DNA of 57,722 bases, filler included, from Platydemus manokwari (lineage: Eukaryota): assembly GCA_037951405.1 (NCBI GenBank). It is 5 parts of 5 records of this genome, joined end to end, with 100 filler letters (N's around TTAATTAATTAA, not from the genome) between each part and the next. Parts side by side here need not be neighbours in the genome. Positions count along the whole stretch, not along the records: positions 34,631 to 43,945 come from JBBMOY011266540.1; positions 44,046 to 57,722 come from JBBMOY011648069.1; 3 more parts are not named here. The stretch is one strand, 5' to 3'. The notes under the pieces are model-generated. The model was given only the letters and a program-made list of their open reading frames with translations, ran no database searches and was not told the origin of the DNA. The position numbers were made by a program, and so were the translations under genes. This document shows, piece by piece, positions 37,601 to 55,996 of the stretch. Positions within the stretch are counted from its first letter, which is position 1, and the number at the start of each line of letters is the position of its first letter.

Positions 37601-40276
37601 TTCGTTAGATATTGATAATCTTGTGTGTTTCGATTAAAGGCTTGTGCATTGATTCTTATTTGTTAAAAATCTGTAAGTCTTAAAGTTTTTATTGGGGATT
37701 TTTATTTATTTTTCACTGTCATCGGCACGTCTGATAGTTTGTTCTTCTCTGTTCTTATGTCTTGTTTGAAGACCGAAGTACAATTCAGACTCCTTTGATT
37801 GGCTAATGTATGTTGGCTGTATGTATGGATACCTCTTTGATACCTAATCTGGGAGTTTTGATTGTAAATTTTGAATTGTTTTTACAAATTACGTTAAATC
37901 ACTACGAAATAAAATAATTGTCGAATTGGAATTTCAACGCCAAAGAAATGATAAAATAGGTAATTTTAGTTGCAAAAGGAATTAATTTATATTCACTTCG
38001 AAACAGAATTTTTTAACATCGATAATTGACATATACCTTACGTATTCAGCAAAGCCCTGAGTTAAAATCAAATCAGTGTTTTAGATTGAATTAAAGATAC
38101 TGTAAATTGATAAAGCTAATTTCAAAACAAAATTTCTCAACATCGCCAATCGAGATTTGCTACTTATATTTTGATTTGTCAACAAGATTATATACACAGA
38201 ATTTCCATAATTTTCCATATCTAAAAGACAATTTCTAGAAATCTGGCAATACAAACTTCAAAAATTTAGTTTGAGAAGAAAATAGAATAATTTTTGAAAA
38301 ATAATAAAACAAGATTTTATTATTTTTGGGCGATATTTATGTAATATATAAAAAAATTTCATCTGCATTTCAATTTTGAGCTAAAATTAGAAACGGGGTG
38401 CTAAAATAAAATTTTTAATTTGTTGGGTGTATTGCAAAATTCTATATTGTTTATTTAATTACATTATTTAAAAACATTTTTGAATTTTTTATTTAAGAAC
38501 TTAAAAAGAATTTTAGTTGTTTGAAATCAAATATTAAATACACTGGAGCTTGAAAATATCCTAAAATCTCGTTATCTGAAAAAGGTGCATAAGTAAGTCG
38601 AATTGGAATTTATTGAAAAATAGTGAGATCAAATGAGCCCTTTTCTTATCTTAAGCCAAATTTTGCATTGTTTCTGTTACATAGTGTTTCAGTTAAGGTT
38701 CTAAATTTGAAAATAATTGACTTTGTTGAAACAAATATTATTTATAAATTTTTTAAAAATGTAATTTTTCTAATCAATTTTTGTTCTTATAAGCAATTCA
38801 ATATTAGTAAATATTAGAAATTGTCATGAAACAAGATCATCAGTGTAAGTCTTATATTTCTGTATTGTTATCAATGGATTTGGGTTAATTGGTATTTCGT
38901 GGAGTTTTTCTTAAGTCAAGTTCGATTTCCTAGAAGATTTCTGTTTATAAGATAAGAGATTAGGCTAATATTTTTAATGAAATAAGAATAACAACTAATA
39001 CAAATACACAAGGCATTAATTATATAATTTGATAATATCCCAGACAAATAATAAAACATTAAATGATAAGAGAAATGATTAGAAAAATTGCTCAATTTAC
39101 TGACGTTCATTAATATTCTTATATTTTCCTCCACGTTGTATGCGGTGAGTTTAATGACAGTTATAGTTTCTCAACCTTAAACATGATTCCCACCGCTGTC
39201 GAATTGATTGTCGCTAAAGACTATTTACATTTAAAGAGGCATATCATTGTTTGTATTTGATTTGAAGAGTTTTATTTGAAAATAAAATTATCCGGGTTTT
39301 AGGAGCTAGACGAATCGGTTAGATCGATGATAGCACTATAAAGGCCTGTTTAAAGTAGAAAGCTGTATTAATTTAAGTAGTGTGAATTATGAGAAATTGG
39401 GCCAAAAGTGTGGGAGCCTTGGTAATCATAATCATTTGGGGCATTAAGAAATAATTAAAATAATTAAACTTATTTGTTATGACAATACAAGGTTTTCAAA
39501 TAAAGAATTTATTTCTTGTTGGTCAACTATTGTCGATAATTCTCATGGACAATTTTGTCAAGAATGTGATTTATGTAAGATTTTTCGTCGAATACAATAT
39601 CACGAATATAATCTCAAATATCTTATACAATCTCTGATGTATAATTATAATTTCAATTTTCAGTTCAAGCTCAACAATAATAATTATAGAATTTTTTCAT
39701 TTTTTAAGCGTGATTTTTGTGTTCATTTTATTCTTCCTTTACAATTTTTCGAATCTTAATTTAACACTGAATGATAATAAATATTAAACGACACATGTCA
39801 AAAAGAAACCTGACCAAGTAACTAGCATTTACATACCGAAATGTACTTAATAATCTTCGACAAAATGTTCTCTAAATAATACACCCATTCATCTCATTGG
39901 ATGAGATGATTGGTTGACCAAATTAATAATTGTTAAAGAAGATTTTTAAAATTGAAAGCCCTTTCGAAGCAAATTTGTTCTCTAATTACGACGCTTATCA
40001 AATCATTGATAAACTCAGTAATTAGATCTTTCTAATAACCAGTACCAAACCAAACTTTGAATTCACTACTTCATGTTAAACTGGATAATTCACAACCATG
40101 ACAACTTTTCTCAACATATTTATAGCTTCCCACGGGGACTTATTGTCACTGTATATGATTGATATTCCTTTAAGGAGTAAAGAGTAGAATACATCTCCAA
40201 AGACAACTTTTTATCTCACTTACAAAGTTATTACGAACACATGTCCATAGGGAAAAGAATGCATTTCTCTATGTTT

Positions 40277-40640
40277 GGTTATCAATCAACAATTTAGATC
40301 TGAAAATTTGTATTAACTAAAATATCACAATCAAAGTCTCAACAGTAAATCTATACACAATTCACAAAGAAAATCACTCAAGACGGGATCATCTTCCGAA
40401 ATTCGAAACAGAATGAAGAGTAATCAAAATGACTGATTACTAAAATCACACATAAGCTAAGCACTGAAGTTACCTACAGAAATCCATGGATCTCAACATA
40501 TTTTAAAGACCTATCGGGCGTGTCTGTTTGATGTTATGAATCTTCGTTTTCCATTTGCTGAATTTGTTCGTGGATCGATTTACTTGCGATTTTCCTTACA
40601 TCTCTCGTGCCATTGGCGGATATTTGAACTTGCTCCCATT
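40277..40640 (-). repeat. LTR-like repeat family A copy, truncated at an (AT)n(GT)n microsatellite
   Basis: Colinear with the other family A copies over ~360 nt. Confidence 0.75.
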
Positions 40641-41177
40641 ATATATATATATATGTGTGTGTGTGTATGTGTTATCAATACTGATAGAGATCTAATCACA
40701 ATATCCACCCATTAATCGAGATATTAATCAGCCATAAACAGATCAATAAAGCATGAAAATAAAAATCATAACTCTAGCATTATCTTTTTTATAATTCCAA
40801 TTGTGCTTTAACCTCTATTTACTCATACAAATATCAACTTTAATTTTACGAGATTAAAACAAAACTTATGAAACATAATTTACACATTTTAATATAATAT
40901 TTTATTCCAGGTTTTCTATTGGTCCAATAGTTTTTTTTTAAATAGATAAATATCTCCGTTAGCATATCAATATATAAATAAATCATTGATTTTTTCTTCT
41001 TTCTCAACATTTTAATAATGTTTAAATAAATTACACCCAGAATTTATAAAATCAATATCAATGATGTTTACAGTGAAATCATAGATGATGATACAAATTG
41101 ATATGACAATAACAATCTTAAATGGATATGGATTCTGTTCCAATGATTATTTTTCCGAATGATAATGCATATTATAA

Positions 41178-42401
41178 CTAAAAACGTAAGAATTTCAAAA
41201 TGATCCCCATACCTATAATGATTCGTGTGCATTCCGACCAAAATATTTCTTTTCCGTCCAATAAACGACCAATTTGAATTAGGGTGAACGTAATCATTGC
41301 AATTCCTATTAAATGAAAATCTATCACGATTGAATGCTGAAACACAGCCAATAATGAATAGATAACGTTTACAGCAACAAAATTGATGAAACAATATATA
41401 AAACAAAGAGGTTTAATTTTTTTCTGATAAAATTTTGTTGGTTTCTCTGGTTCAGGAATGTCATCTAATGAACCCAACCTTTCTGACCCAATCTTCCATC
41501 CTGGTCCGAAGAAAAGTATTTTCAATTTATTTTTGTAATTCTTTTCTAGTAAAAATTGCTGGAAAATGTTTTTGAGGTGAATTAGTTGGATATGGATTGG
41601 ATTCCAAGTCTCTATTGTATGGACATGTCCATAAACCACTTTATCTTTTTCTTTTTCAAATGTTCCAAACATTCTATCAAATATAATCAGAGTACCACCG
41701 TAATTTTTATCGATGCAATACCTATTTCTTCCGTGATGCACTCTATGGTGACTTGGAGTATTCAAAATCCATTCTAAAGGACCCAATGTTCCAATTACTT
41801 CTGTATGTATCCAGAATTGGTAAAGCAAATTGAATTGTATATGGACAATAAACATTGTCGGTGGTAATAAAAGAGCTAAGGGTAAATAAAATATCCAAGA
41901 AAAATACTTCTGAGCGAATCCCTGTCGAAGAGCTGTACTAAGATTATATCTTTGAGAGCTGTGATGAGTCTGGTGACCTGACCACATTAATGATATTTCA
42001 TGACTGGCTCTATGTACCCAATAATATCCGAAATCTACTCCGACCATTCCGAAAATCCATACAAGAAATGAATCATTTGGCAAATCAATTAATCGCCAAC
42101 GTTGGTGTACCCAAATATACGCAGTGATCTCAATAGATTTGAAGACTAAGTGAGGAAGCTGTGATAACATGCCAGCACTTATCGAACTAATACTGTCACT
42201 TAGATCTATTCCAGTATATTTAGATTTTTTTCTCAAAATTATTATGGTTTCGATGATAATCATTAATAAAAAGAACGGTATTGCTTCTGTGACAAAATCT
42301 GGTATCGATTCCATAGAATCGTATGTGCTTTCTGATGGAGAAACTAAATAAAACATTCTTCGAAGTGGTAAAAAATGATTTCTAATCCAAGAAGAATTCA
42401 T
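41178..42401 (-). CDS. AGMO: Alkylglycerol monooxygenase (TMEM195), intronless
   Basis: His boxes YYWVHRASHE, GHQTHHSS, QFWIHTE and TPSHHRVHHGRN; YNLSTALRQ; CIDKNYGGTLIIFDRMFGTF. Animal-type N-terminus RRMFY..SP.E......IPD.V..A.PFF. Confidence 0.95.
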   Translation of the reverse strand: MNSSWIRNHFLPLRRMFYLVSPSESTYDSMESIPDFVTEAIPFFLLMIIIETIIILRKKSKYTGIDLSDSISSISAGMLSQLPHLVFKSIEITAYIWVHQRWRLIDLPNDSFLVWIFGMVGVDFGYYWVHRASHEISLMWSGHQTHHSSQRYNLSTALRQGFAQKYFSWIFYLPLALLLPPTMFIVHIQFNLLYQFWIHTEVIGTLGPLEWILNTPSHHRVHHGRNRYCIDKNYGGTLIIFDRMFGTFEKEKDKVVYGHVHTIETWNPIHIQLIHLKNIFQQFLLEKNYKNKLKILFFGPGWKIGSERLGSLDDIPEPEKPTKFYQKKIKPLCFIYCFINFVAVNVIYSLLAVFQHSIVIDFHLIGIAMITFTLIQIGRLLDGKEIFWSECTRIIIGMGIILKFLRF

Positions 42402-42874
42402 ATCGATTTTCCTTATCGGTTCAATGAATCTCAGTTCAATTTATTATAATATTAATATATTTCGATCAATTCAGATGTCACATGATGAACTTTGGATATC
42501 ATATGAAAACAAAGATAATTTTTCAATCAATAAGTTCAAATGACAAGTGGTTTATTTTTAAAATTGAAATGCAATAACGATAAATGGATAATTTTATAAC
42601 AATAATAACTGATATTTACACAAATATCTTGTCTAAATAAACAAGACGGGATGAAGTTAAATTATTAGTCAAAACAAACGTGATCACACAAAAATGAGCT
42701 GATGAGTCTTGAAATACTATAGCATTTAAAGTACACATTAAAGATGCTTTGATTATATTACTATTACAAATATAAATTGATTTTTAAGGAAACTTCTTTA
42801 GATGGAATGATATGAATTATATCTATGTTGCCATAATAAAACATCGTTAAATATCACTATCGATAAAATTGGTA

Positions 42875-43160
42875 TTGTTAAGTGAGACGAAATCTTGCAA
42901 AAGAAAAACGGATTTGCACCGTGGATTCTACTTTAAACATTTGCATGCCTTCACAATCATACAAGCGTGACAATCAATCAATTACAATCAATGGACATAA
43001 CCACACAACAACACATACATAGGGATTGACCAATCTATCATATACAAAAATAGGAACATGGAAAAGTAAAGATCAAATCAAAATGTGATACAAGCGTGAC
43101 AAAAAAATTACACAGAGGTCAAGTGTAAATATCGATGTAAAGATAGCCCATTCCCAGTTG
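42875..43160 (+). repeat. Dispersed repeat family B (LTR-like)
   Basis: Homologous to 31075-31385; starts near TGTTAAG. Confidence 0.75.
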
Positions 43161-43945
43161 GAAACCAAGATTTGGTTACACTTTTGAAAAATTGTATTGA
43201 GATGTACTGATTGGGAAGTGGGTCATATATTCTCGTCTTGAATATTGGAATCACTTTGCTTAAGAATTTGTCGGTCCACAAATCAATTGCATTTAACTAT
43301 TGTATCAATATTTTTATCCTTATACCAACTCCTTTAATATATTTTTTCTTATTAAAGCTTTCTTATTAAGCTCCAACTAATTGATTATATTATCATATTT
43401 TGTTAATAGTGACATAACTCATCTGCAATGAAGTTGATCATTCATATTTATCAGTTTTTATATTTTTATATTATTGAGTCGAGTCAATTCATTGTCTGGA
43501 TTATAATCTTAAAAATTATAATGTTTCATTGTTTTGAGAATGCCACTCTGAGATGTGTACGGATTATGTTAACAACTAATTAATTTGATCGTTAAACAGC
43601 TCCAACAATCCCCATATTATTGCGTAAGCGTTGAGGTACAAAAAGTAAAATTTGAAATTTTTATTGATCTAGCTCCCTAGTTATATACTCCTCGCGTTTG
43701 TTCTTATTAACTTTATACTCTGTCTGTTTGATTTAAATATTTAGCTGGACAGATTATTTTTCATACCGGCTTTTTTAATTTAATTATTTTTAGTTATTAT
43801 TTTACTAAACAGATCTTATTTTCTTTATTGCTATTAACTATCATTATTTTGTTTTTGTTTAAATTTGTTATTAAACTAATGCTTTTTTTCTTGTAACTTA
43901 ATTATCAAATATTATTAAATTCTTCTAAGATTTGTTTTAATTATA

Positions 43946-44045
43946 NNNNNNNNNNNNNNNNNNNNNNNNNNNNNNNNNNNNNNNNNNNNTTAATTAATTA
44001 ANNNNNNNNNNNNNNNNNNNNNNNNNNNNNNNNNNNNNNNNNNNN
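43946..44045. other. Artificial contig linker/gap spacer
   Basis: N44-TTAATTAATTAA-N44. Confidence 0.98.
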
Positions 44046-45113
44046 AAACATCTTCATCATAATAAATAAACGCAATTATTTACAACACGCAACCATAAAC
44101 TAATCTAAACTCGACTATATTTTGAATTTATGAATTTATTTACCTAAAATAACAAAAAATTTTATAACATTTATAACTAGAAAATATAATAACTTTATAC
44201 AGATATAAGGTCAAATTTAATAAAAGATACCAATTCTGTAAATTGAATTGATTTAAATTGCATATTATTTGTTATTGCAGTAAGCTTTTTAAACTAAGTA
44301 ATCATTAAATATTATTGTAAATTAAAAATTAATTATTATCTTGTAGTCTTTAATTAAATTTTCATATTCATAAATTAATGATTATAATGAATTATTTAAT
44401 AAATAGCTTATAATATTTATTTCTTAATTCAACCTGAAGTCTACTAATTATCTACATTTAATCGGAATTTATCAAAGACCTTTGAGTTACCGTGCAGCTT
44501 GTTATGTATTACAGAGATTAATTATATGGCGTTTGATTTCACCTTTGATGCATTTTTGTATTTTCTGTACTGAAACTAGCTATTGAAGTCAGTGCGTTTC
44601 ACAGTCCGTACTAATTAGTATATTATAGAATAAATAATAGATTATAAATTGATTATTCAGTGTAAAACAGCATTTCTTCGAATGTATATGAACTTCAAAT
44701 TCCTTAAAGATTGGATTGTAAAATTGCATTTTAATCAGAAGTTATATGTTTATATTTTTTTTAATATTTATTTTTTTACTCGTGGTACGGAAAATTTCAA
44801 TTTTCAGTTTAGGGTGAAGCTATAAACAACCAAAATTTATTATGGCATTAAATGACATTAAATATTTATGGCATTAGCAAAAGTATTATAATCTAGAAAA
44901 ATATAAAAGGAACAATAATATCTAAATTGATTCAAGATATAATATTTCTTATAAATGTATAAATAGTGAATCTTCAATTGCTTTATGCTTCGAAATAGAT
45001 TTGAAATCTCCATTACCAATTCCTTATTTTACATACTTTTGAAGGAGTTGATTATTAATTTGTTTTAATAATATTTAATTTTTAATTAAATTTGATTTAA
45101 TTTAAATTGCTAA

Positions 45114-46167
45114 ATGAATATTAATATCGAAATCAAAGAAAAACCAAAGATTTATAAATTGCCGGAATTGTCAATTGATAAAATTTATTCACCTGGTGAA
45201 AAAATAGCTACACAAGACGCATATATATTTGGTTACAACACATTTAAATTATCTAATAATGACGAATCTGATGAAATAAAAAACCAAAGCATTTATTCAG
45301 CCGTTGTTGGTGAAGTTGGAATTGTAAGCAAATTAATTTATGTTAAAAATCCAAATTCAACATATATGGGGAAAGTCGGTGATACTGTTGTTGGAAGAGT
45401 GATTGAGGTATTCTACTTTTTATATTTCGTAATTATTCTTTCATTTAAAGGTAAATAAAAATAAATGGAGAATCGATACTAATTCTCGAAGGGTCAGCAT
45501 ACTGACTTTATCAAATGTAAAATTGCCTGGAGGAGAATCGAGAAGACGGTCAGAAGAAGATGAAAAGGCCATGCGGCAGTATTTAGATGTTTGTATTATA
45601 TATGTTTTAACACTTTTTGCTCTATTTTCAAGATTGTTACAGAAAATTCTTACCAGATATTTGAAATTTAATGTGAAAAATTTATTAAAATATTTTTTTT
45701 AGGTAGGTGATTTGATAGTTGGAGAAGTACGTGAGATTAGACATGATAATGTTCTCTCATTAATGGTCAGAGATAATGGTCAGGGTAAGCTTGGACAGGG
45801 AATGCTGATAAAAGTACCATCGAGTTTGATTGTGCCCCAAAAGAAACATACTCATATTTTACCTATCGGTGTGACTTTGATTCTTGGTTGTAATGGTCTT
45901 GTTTGGGTTGGACCAACTAGGTCAACCAATTTTAAATTTGAGGTTGACCAGACCATTGTTTCAATGGAATATTATGAAGCCGTTTGTAAAGTTGGAAACT
46001 GTGTGAAACTATTATCAAAAAGAGGTGTACCGTTATCTGAAGCAAGTATTTATCATGCATATGAAACCTGTATCGAAAGTGGATATAGTGGATCAGATCT
46101 CCTCAAAGATGATTGTATTGATAGAATTGCTGAAGTTACTGAAATTCAAATGGGTGCTATTCAATAA
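45114..46167 (+). CDS. EXOSC2: Exosome complex component RRP4 (exons 45114-45407, 45451-45588, 45703-46167)
   Basis: Y.G.VGD.VVGRVIEV, WRIDTNS, L.LS.V.LPGGE.RRRSEEDE.AMRQYL, GDLI.GEV, GKLGQG.LIKVP.SLI, LILGCNG.VWV. The GT-AG introns keep the frame. Confidence 0.95.
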
Positions 46168-46991
46168 ATTTGTTCAGTTCGACTTGAATTTTTATACATG
46201 TCACTTATAAAATATTTTTTATTCAACTAAATATTAGCTCTAAACGTTACGTTTGGTGTGATTTTTAAATTTTATGACTCAACATTAAAAAGAATTTTTA
46301 AAAAAATTAAAAATAGCGGCCTTTAATGGTGTAGTAAAGTTAATTTCATCACTTTAATGATATGTTTGATCAGGTATAAAACTGTTTATGAAATAAAATA
46401 GTACAACAAACTTGTGTCGAATATATTTCTGGTTCAATCGAATTTCGATCAAAATTTGTTGGCATCGTTTCTGCTATATGTTTGCAGCTATAACAGAAAA
46501 ACTAAAATTTTCGAATTACAATACTCTTTATTATCTACTTACAGTGATTAATGGAAAGAAATTGATTTAATTGGGTCATTCACAATTTGTATTAAGTTTT
46601 CCAGACAATAACTCTTCATGAAAACAGTTCGAAATATCGTTCAGCCTTTTGCCAAATACTTCTAATATAATTTTATCAATATTGTAACGTCTAAAACTAC
46701 GGTAATATTAGAAACATTGGAAATTAACATTGAAAAGTCATTCAAAAATACTGATTTTAGCTTAATGATTTTTGAAAAATGTTTGGGAAATAATGTAAGA
46801 AAATTGCAACGTCGAGAAAATAATAAAAAATGGAACAATTTGCATCAATACATATATATTTAAAAATTAATAACAAACTACAAATAATGGAATAATAACA
46901 CATTTCACAACTGAAAAAATTTGAGAAATAAAAATCTTATAAATCAATTAATCTCACAATTCATGGAAAAATAGTAATATAATTAAATAGA

Positions 46992-52835
<5,844 letters not shown>

Positions 52836-54469
52836 ATCTTTAAATCTGATTTAAAATTTAAAACTTCAGATTTGTCAACAGAAAAACAAATTGGTATACA
52901 AAAAAAGGTATTTATAAAAAACTTTTTTATTCAAAATCTTTACAAATTTAATTCATACATTTCGTAATGTATCAGTGAAATGCTCTTATTTTAATTATAT
53001 TGGAATATCAGGAACGTTTATTAGTTAAATTACAGATATTTATTCGGCATATAATCTTTGATGGTAATTAGAATAATCTTTAGGCAAAAACGAATCGAGT
53101 TTATCTCAAGATCAAAACATCTCTATGTACAATGAATAAAATAATTAAAATTAGATGTTTTGAAAAATAATTAACTTAATAAAGGTATAGAAAAATTTTG
53201 TATTTCTTTATTTAATAAAATTCTTTGTCATTCATTTCAGTGACATTATTTAAAACATTTTCTCACAATACAATATATTCGATATATTATTAATAATTGA
53301 ACAAAGCTGTGACTTAAACACGGATTAATAAATTTGAAGAGCACAAAATAAAAATCAGTTAATAAAAGAATACCAATAAAACTAAATTAATAAAAGTTGG
53401 TTTAAAAACTAATGATTCAAATAAATGAATAATATTAAAATAAAATAATAATTACTAAAAATAAATAATAAAATGAAAAAGTAGTAAAAATAAATATTAA
53501 ATAAAATAAATAAATATAAAGGAAATTGTTGAACTGAATCAAATTTGTTTATGATAAATAATTTGCCAACGTATAAATTAAATTACCAATGTAGAAATTA
53601 AATGTCCATTATTGACTTGACATTCTATTAATTTCAAGACAATTCAAGTAAAAATTATGTAAATACAACTACAATCAGTTGAGGACTGCCAGTTAGAAAA
53701 AATTGAGGAATATTAGACAAGTAATTAAATTATTCGGATTTTAGAAGCTATCATTTCAGAAGAAAGATATTTTCAGTTATTATTTTAAAAAAATTAAGTA
53801 TTTGTCATAGTCATTACTAATGATGATAATTTAGAGAAGTTATAAAATTATAGAATCTGTAAAAGTTTTTACTATTATAATAGTAAGACGAAAAGCACAT
53901 TATTTCCCGCTATTCCAAATTTTTGCATGGATTTAATCCGCTTTTGTATTGACAGGATTTTTATTAAGAATTTGGCTCAGGAGTGTTTATAAAATCTTGT
54001 GTAGTGTCATATGAAATATATTTTAGTGAAAAAACTGATTGTCTTTGCAGCCAGATAGATAATAGCGGGTTGTTGTATACTACATCAGAAAGATCCAAAA
54101 AATAGTTATTTAGTTAAATATTAAGATAACAATAGATTCGAAGAAAACCATTTGATTCGGAGTATGTGTAAATTATCTAATGAAAATTCAAAAGTTGTTC
54201 CAAAATTCTGTTTATAAATTCATTTAGTTTCAAATTTTGATTGTCGTTTAACTTTTTGTGGTTTCAAAATGACGCGAACAGCAATAAGAATAACATCCTG
54301 TATTAAAACTTGGTCAAATTTCATTTCCAAGCTATTTTCAAACATCGAGCTTAATACCCCAACGCATTTTTATGAGAACGGGTTTTCAGTGTGTTCTTTC
54401 AAGAGGATATTTGTGTCTCCTTACTCAGTGTTGATTCTGATACAATACTAAAGTAAGATACTTTAAAAA

Positions 54470-54900
54470 AACCATCAAAAATGTTAATACATACACTCGA
54501 TGAGCACGCGTGCGAGTAGCCAATCAAATGTCTGCAAAATACTCATCTATCAAAAGAATTTGATTATCAATTGGTCCAAATGGCACATAGTTAGAAGAGA
54601 ACCTACAAAAAAAATAGTAGGTAGACTGTTTCTGCGAATAGAAAAAGTTAAGTCAATAGGTAAACAGACGCAGATGGTCTATAAAATAAGTCAGATCTGG
54701 GAAGCATCTAGTACTCTTTTTTGGTAGGTAATTTTTGACAGTCTTACTCTTTTTGTGATTATTCTATTGACTAATCTTTAATTATCGTTGTTTTTGTTTT
54801 AATTCTGTTTTTAGGATGCTGATCCCACTGTGAACTCATTATTGACTTTGTTCTCGAGTGTGATTAAGAGTGTAAATATTGACAAATTGATTTTAGAGTG
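54470..54900 (+). mobile_element. Candidate solo LTR (boundaries uncertain)
   Basis: Starts near TGTTAAT. Contains a CCAAT box and GGTCTATAAAA, then a T-rich R/U5-like tract. Confidence 0.3.
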
Positions 54901-55472
54901 TAACTTTATAGTAATAATAATATTTTTGAATATACAGCATAATTGGATATTTAGCATCATGATATCTAACATCATACTCACTAAATGGTTGGAGAACATG
55001 AATATAGATTATGAATTGTAAGAAAATATATTCATTAGATTAATTCATAAAAATAATTTCTACAGCTTTTTAAAGAATACCCCCATGCTTTTGCTTTAAT
55101 ATTCCTCGTAGTTACAAATTTTTTAAGAAATTAATAAAACATTTCTAAAATTAAAATAAGATAAGAATAAAGGTAATAATACTATTGCTTTCTATGTTTA
55201 TCGGATCACTATACATATAGAAAAATTGAAGGTTAGTATATATTCCTTTGCTAATGGTTTAAAATTTATTTCATTGTAAATTTTAGAAATTTTATTTAAA
55301 CTTAATTTTTAGACTAATGAAACATGCTGGACTGGCTTTTATTTATGGTTATGTACTTGACGAGAGATGTTGCTAAATCATAAACTAAATTTTAAACTCA
55401 TCAGTACAAATCTTCTAACCACAAAAATATGCTTAAATTTCTATAAGAATAGGGATATTGTTCAGAAATAGA

Positions 55473-55996
55473 TGTTTCAGAACCAAGGAAAACCCTAAAT
55501 AGGGTCTACACACACAAACTCGATAAACGCACGTGCCATTAACCAATCATACTCGTTCTAATGCTAATCCATCTTCAGAAGCTAAGAGTCGACAGGCACA
55601 TGCATACAAATGACAGCAAGCTCAAATATTCGTTAATGATATGAAGTATAAGGAAAATTTCAAGTAAATCAACCCACAAATAAATTTAACTAATTGAAAA
55701 TGAAGATCCGTGACATCAAGCAGACACACCCGATGAGTCTATAAAAGAGGTTGAATTCTATGGATTCTTGCCAGTCTTTTTTGGTCGGTAACTTTAGTGC
55801 ATAGTTTATCTGTGATTTCAGTAATCAGTGTTTTTGATTACTCTTCATTCTGTTTTTGACTTTTGAGCGCTGATCCCATCTTGAGTGATTTTCTTTGCGA
55901 ATTGCGTTGAGATTTGTTATCGTTATTGTTGAAACTTTGAGTGTATTATTTTGGTTAATACAGATTTGTAGATTCAAATTGTTGTTTAATAAATCA
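55473..55996 (+). mobile_element. Most complete copy of repeat family A; candidate solo LTR (~520 nt)
   Basis: TG...CA-compatible ends, CCAAT, CTATAAAAG at ~55740 followed by CAGT about 30 nt later. Four other copies occur in the window. Confidence 0.6.

Noticed and set aside
42698-42720. CTGATGAG...GAAA as a hammerhead ribozyme core (also CTGATGAG at ~33612)
   Set aside because: No stem II or flanking stems can be formed.
16329-46167. A three-gene ribosome biogenesis cluster (PAK1IP1, NOC3, RRP4)
   Set aside because: RRP4 is separated from the other two by three artificial linkers.
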